Shown: in pieces, positions 43,261 through 43,654 of the stretch | Numbering within the stretch: position 1 is the first letter of the stretch | Layout: each line of letters opens with the position of its first letter | Virus record (IMG/VR): IMGVR_UViG_3300035670_000436 | Span: 1 to 43,654 of that record | Source: a virus | DNA length: 43,654 nt | Strand: one strand, 5' to 3' | Notes under the pieces: generated by a model | Told to the model about the DNA's origin: nothing | Databases searched by the model: none | The model's input: only the letters and a program-made list of their open reading frames with translations | Made by a program: the position numbers and the translations under genes

Positions 43261-43654
43261 ATGATTCCGAAAGAACTCACAGAAAAGTTTCACCCCAGCC
43301 TGGTACGAAAAAATCAGAGTGGTCAGGATTATGTAGCCATTGATGGTTACATCAATCGACTCAACGAAGTACTTGGTCATGCTTGGGCGTGGCAGATTAA
43401 TAAGTCAGAGTTCTATCCTGATGCTGCGCCTACCACGAAGAACGGTAAGCCACAGTATGTGGCTATTGTGCAGGGCACACTCACGATTATCCTATCTGAT
43501 ATTGGTGTGATTAGTGTTGGTGATGAAGATGATGGTGAGCCTTACCTGACTACGCAGAAGGCTATGATCAGCCGTGACGGTATCGGCGCGGGAGTTAACT
43601 TCGATCCTGATACCGCTGTCAAGACTGCACAGGCAGAAGCGTTGAAGAAGGCAT
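43261..43654 (+). CDS. Rad52/Sak-like single-strand annealing protein, N-terminal part (continues at base 128 of the circle)
   Basis: GQDYVAIDGYINRLNEVLGHAWAWQI. The ORF is open to the window end. AGGAGAA RBS. Confidence 0.6.
   Translation, partial: MIPKELTEKFHPSLVRKNQSGQDYVAIDGYINRLNEVLGHAWAWQINKSEFYPDAAPTTKNGKPQYVAIVQGTLTIILSDIGVISVGDEDDGEPYLTTQKAMISRDGIGAGVNFDPDTAVKTAQAEALKKA
43528..43654. repeat. second copy of the 127-bp terminal direct repeat
   Basis: Identical to 1-127. Confidence 0.95.

Overview
The window is a complete dsDNA tailed-phage genome of about 43.5 kb. Bases 1-127 recur exactly at 43528-43654 (circular assembly overlap or terminal redundancy), and a Rad52-like gene reads across that junction.

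There are two arms. The plus-strand early/replication arm runs 36054->43654 and continues 1->9861. It carries a split family-A DNA polymerase, Toprim primase-helicase, SSB, class II RNR, a Cas4-like exonuclease with a Rad52-like annealase, an ArdC-like protein, a two-ORF sigma-like pair, a CHAP endolysin and tRNA-Leu(UAA). The minus-strand morphogenesis arm runs 35314->9897. It carries TerL, portal, scaffold, an HK97-like capsid, a 1102-aa tail protein, a collagen-like fibre, a 1993-aa virion protein and holin-like proteins. Gene order looks podovirus-like; this is inference.

The arms diverge from a ~700-bp AT-rich non-coding region packed with perfect hairpins and converge on a bidirectional terminator.

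Most unusual:
1. Two tandem anticodon-less tRNA-like RNAs at 36825-37096. The second resembles a tmRNA tRNA-like domain with G3:U70 but has no mRNA domain.
2. polA is cut inside its TGRxSS/NxQNIP motif by a translationally coupled GT2 glycosyltransferase cassette.
3. Repeated SD-containing hairpins and repeated AGATCT hairpins sit in a compositionally mosaic early region.

No integrase, CRISPR array or rRNA was seen. All family assignments come from motifs read by eye, not from searches.
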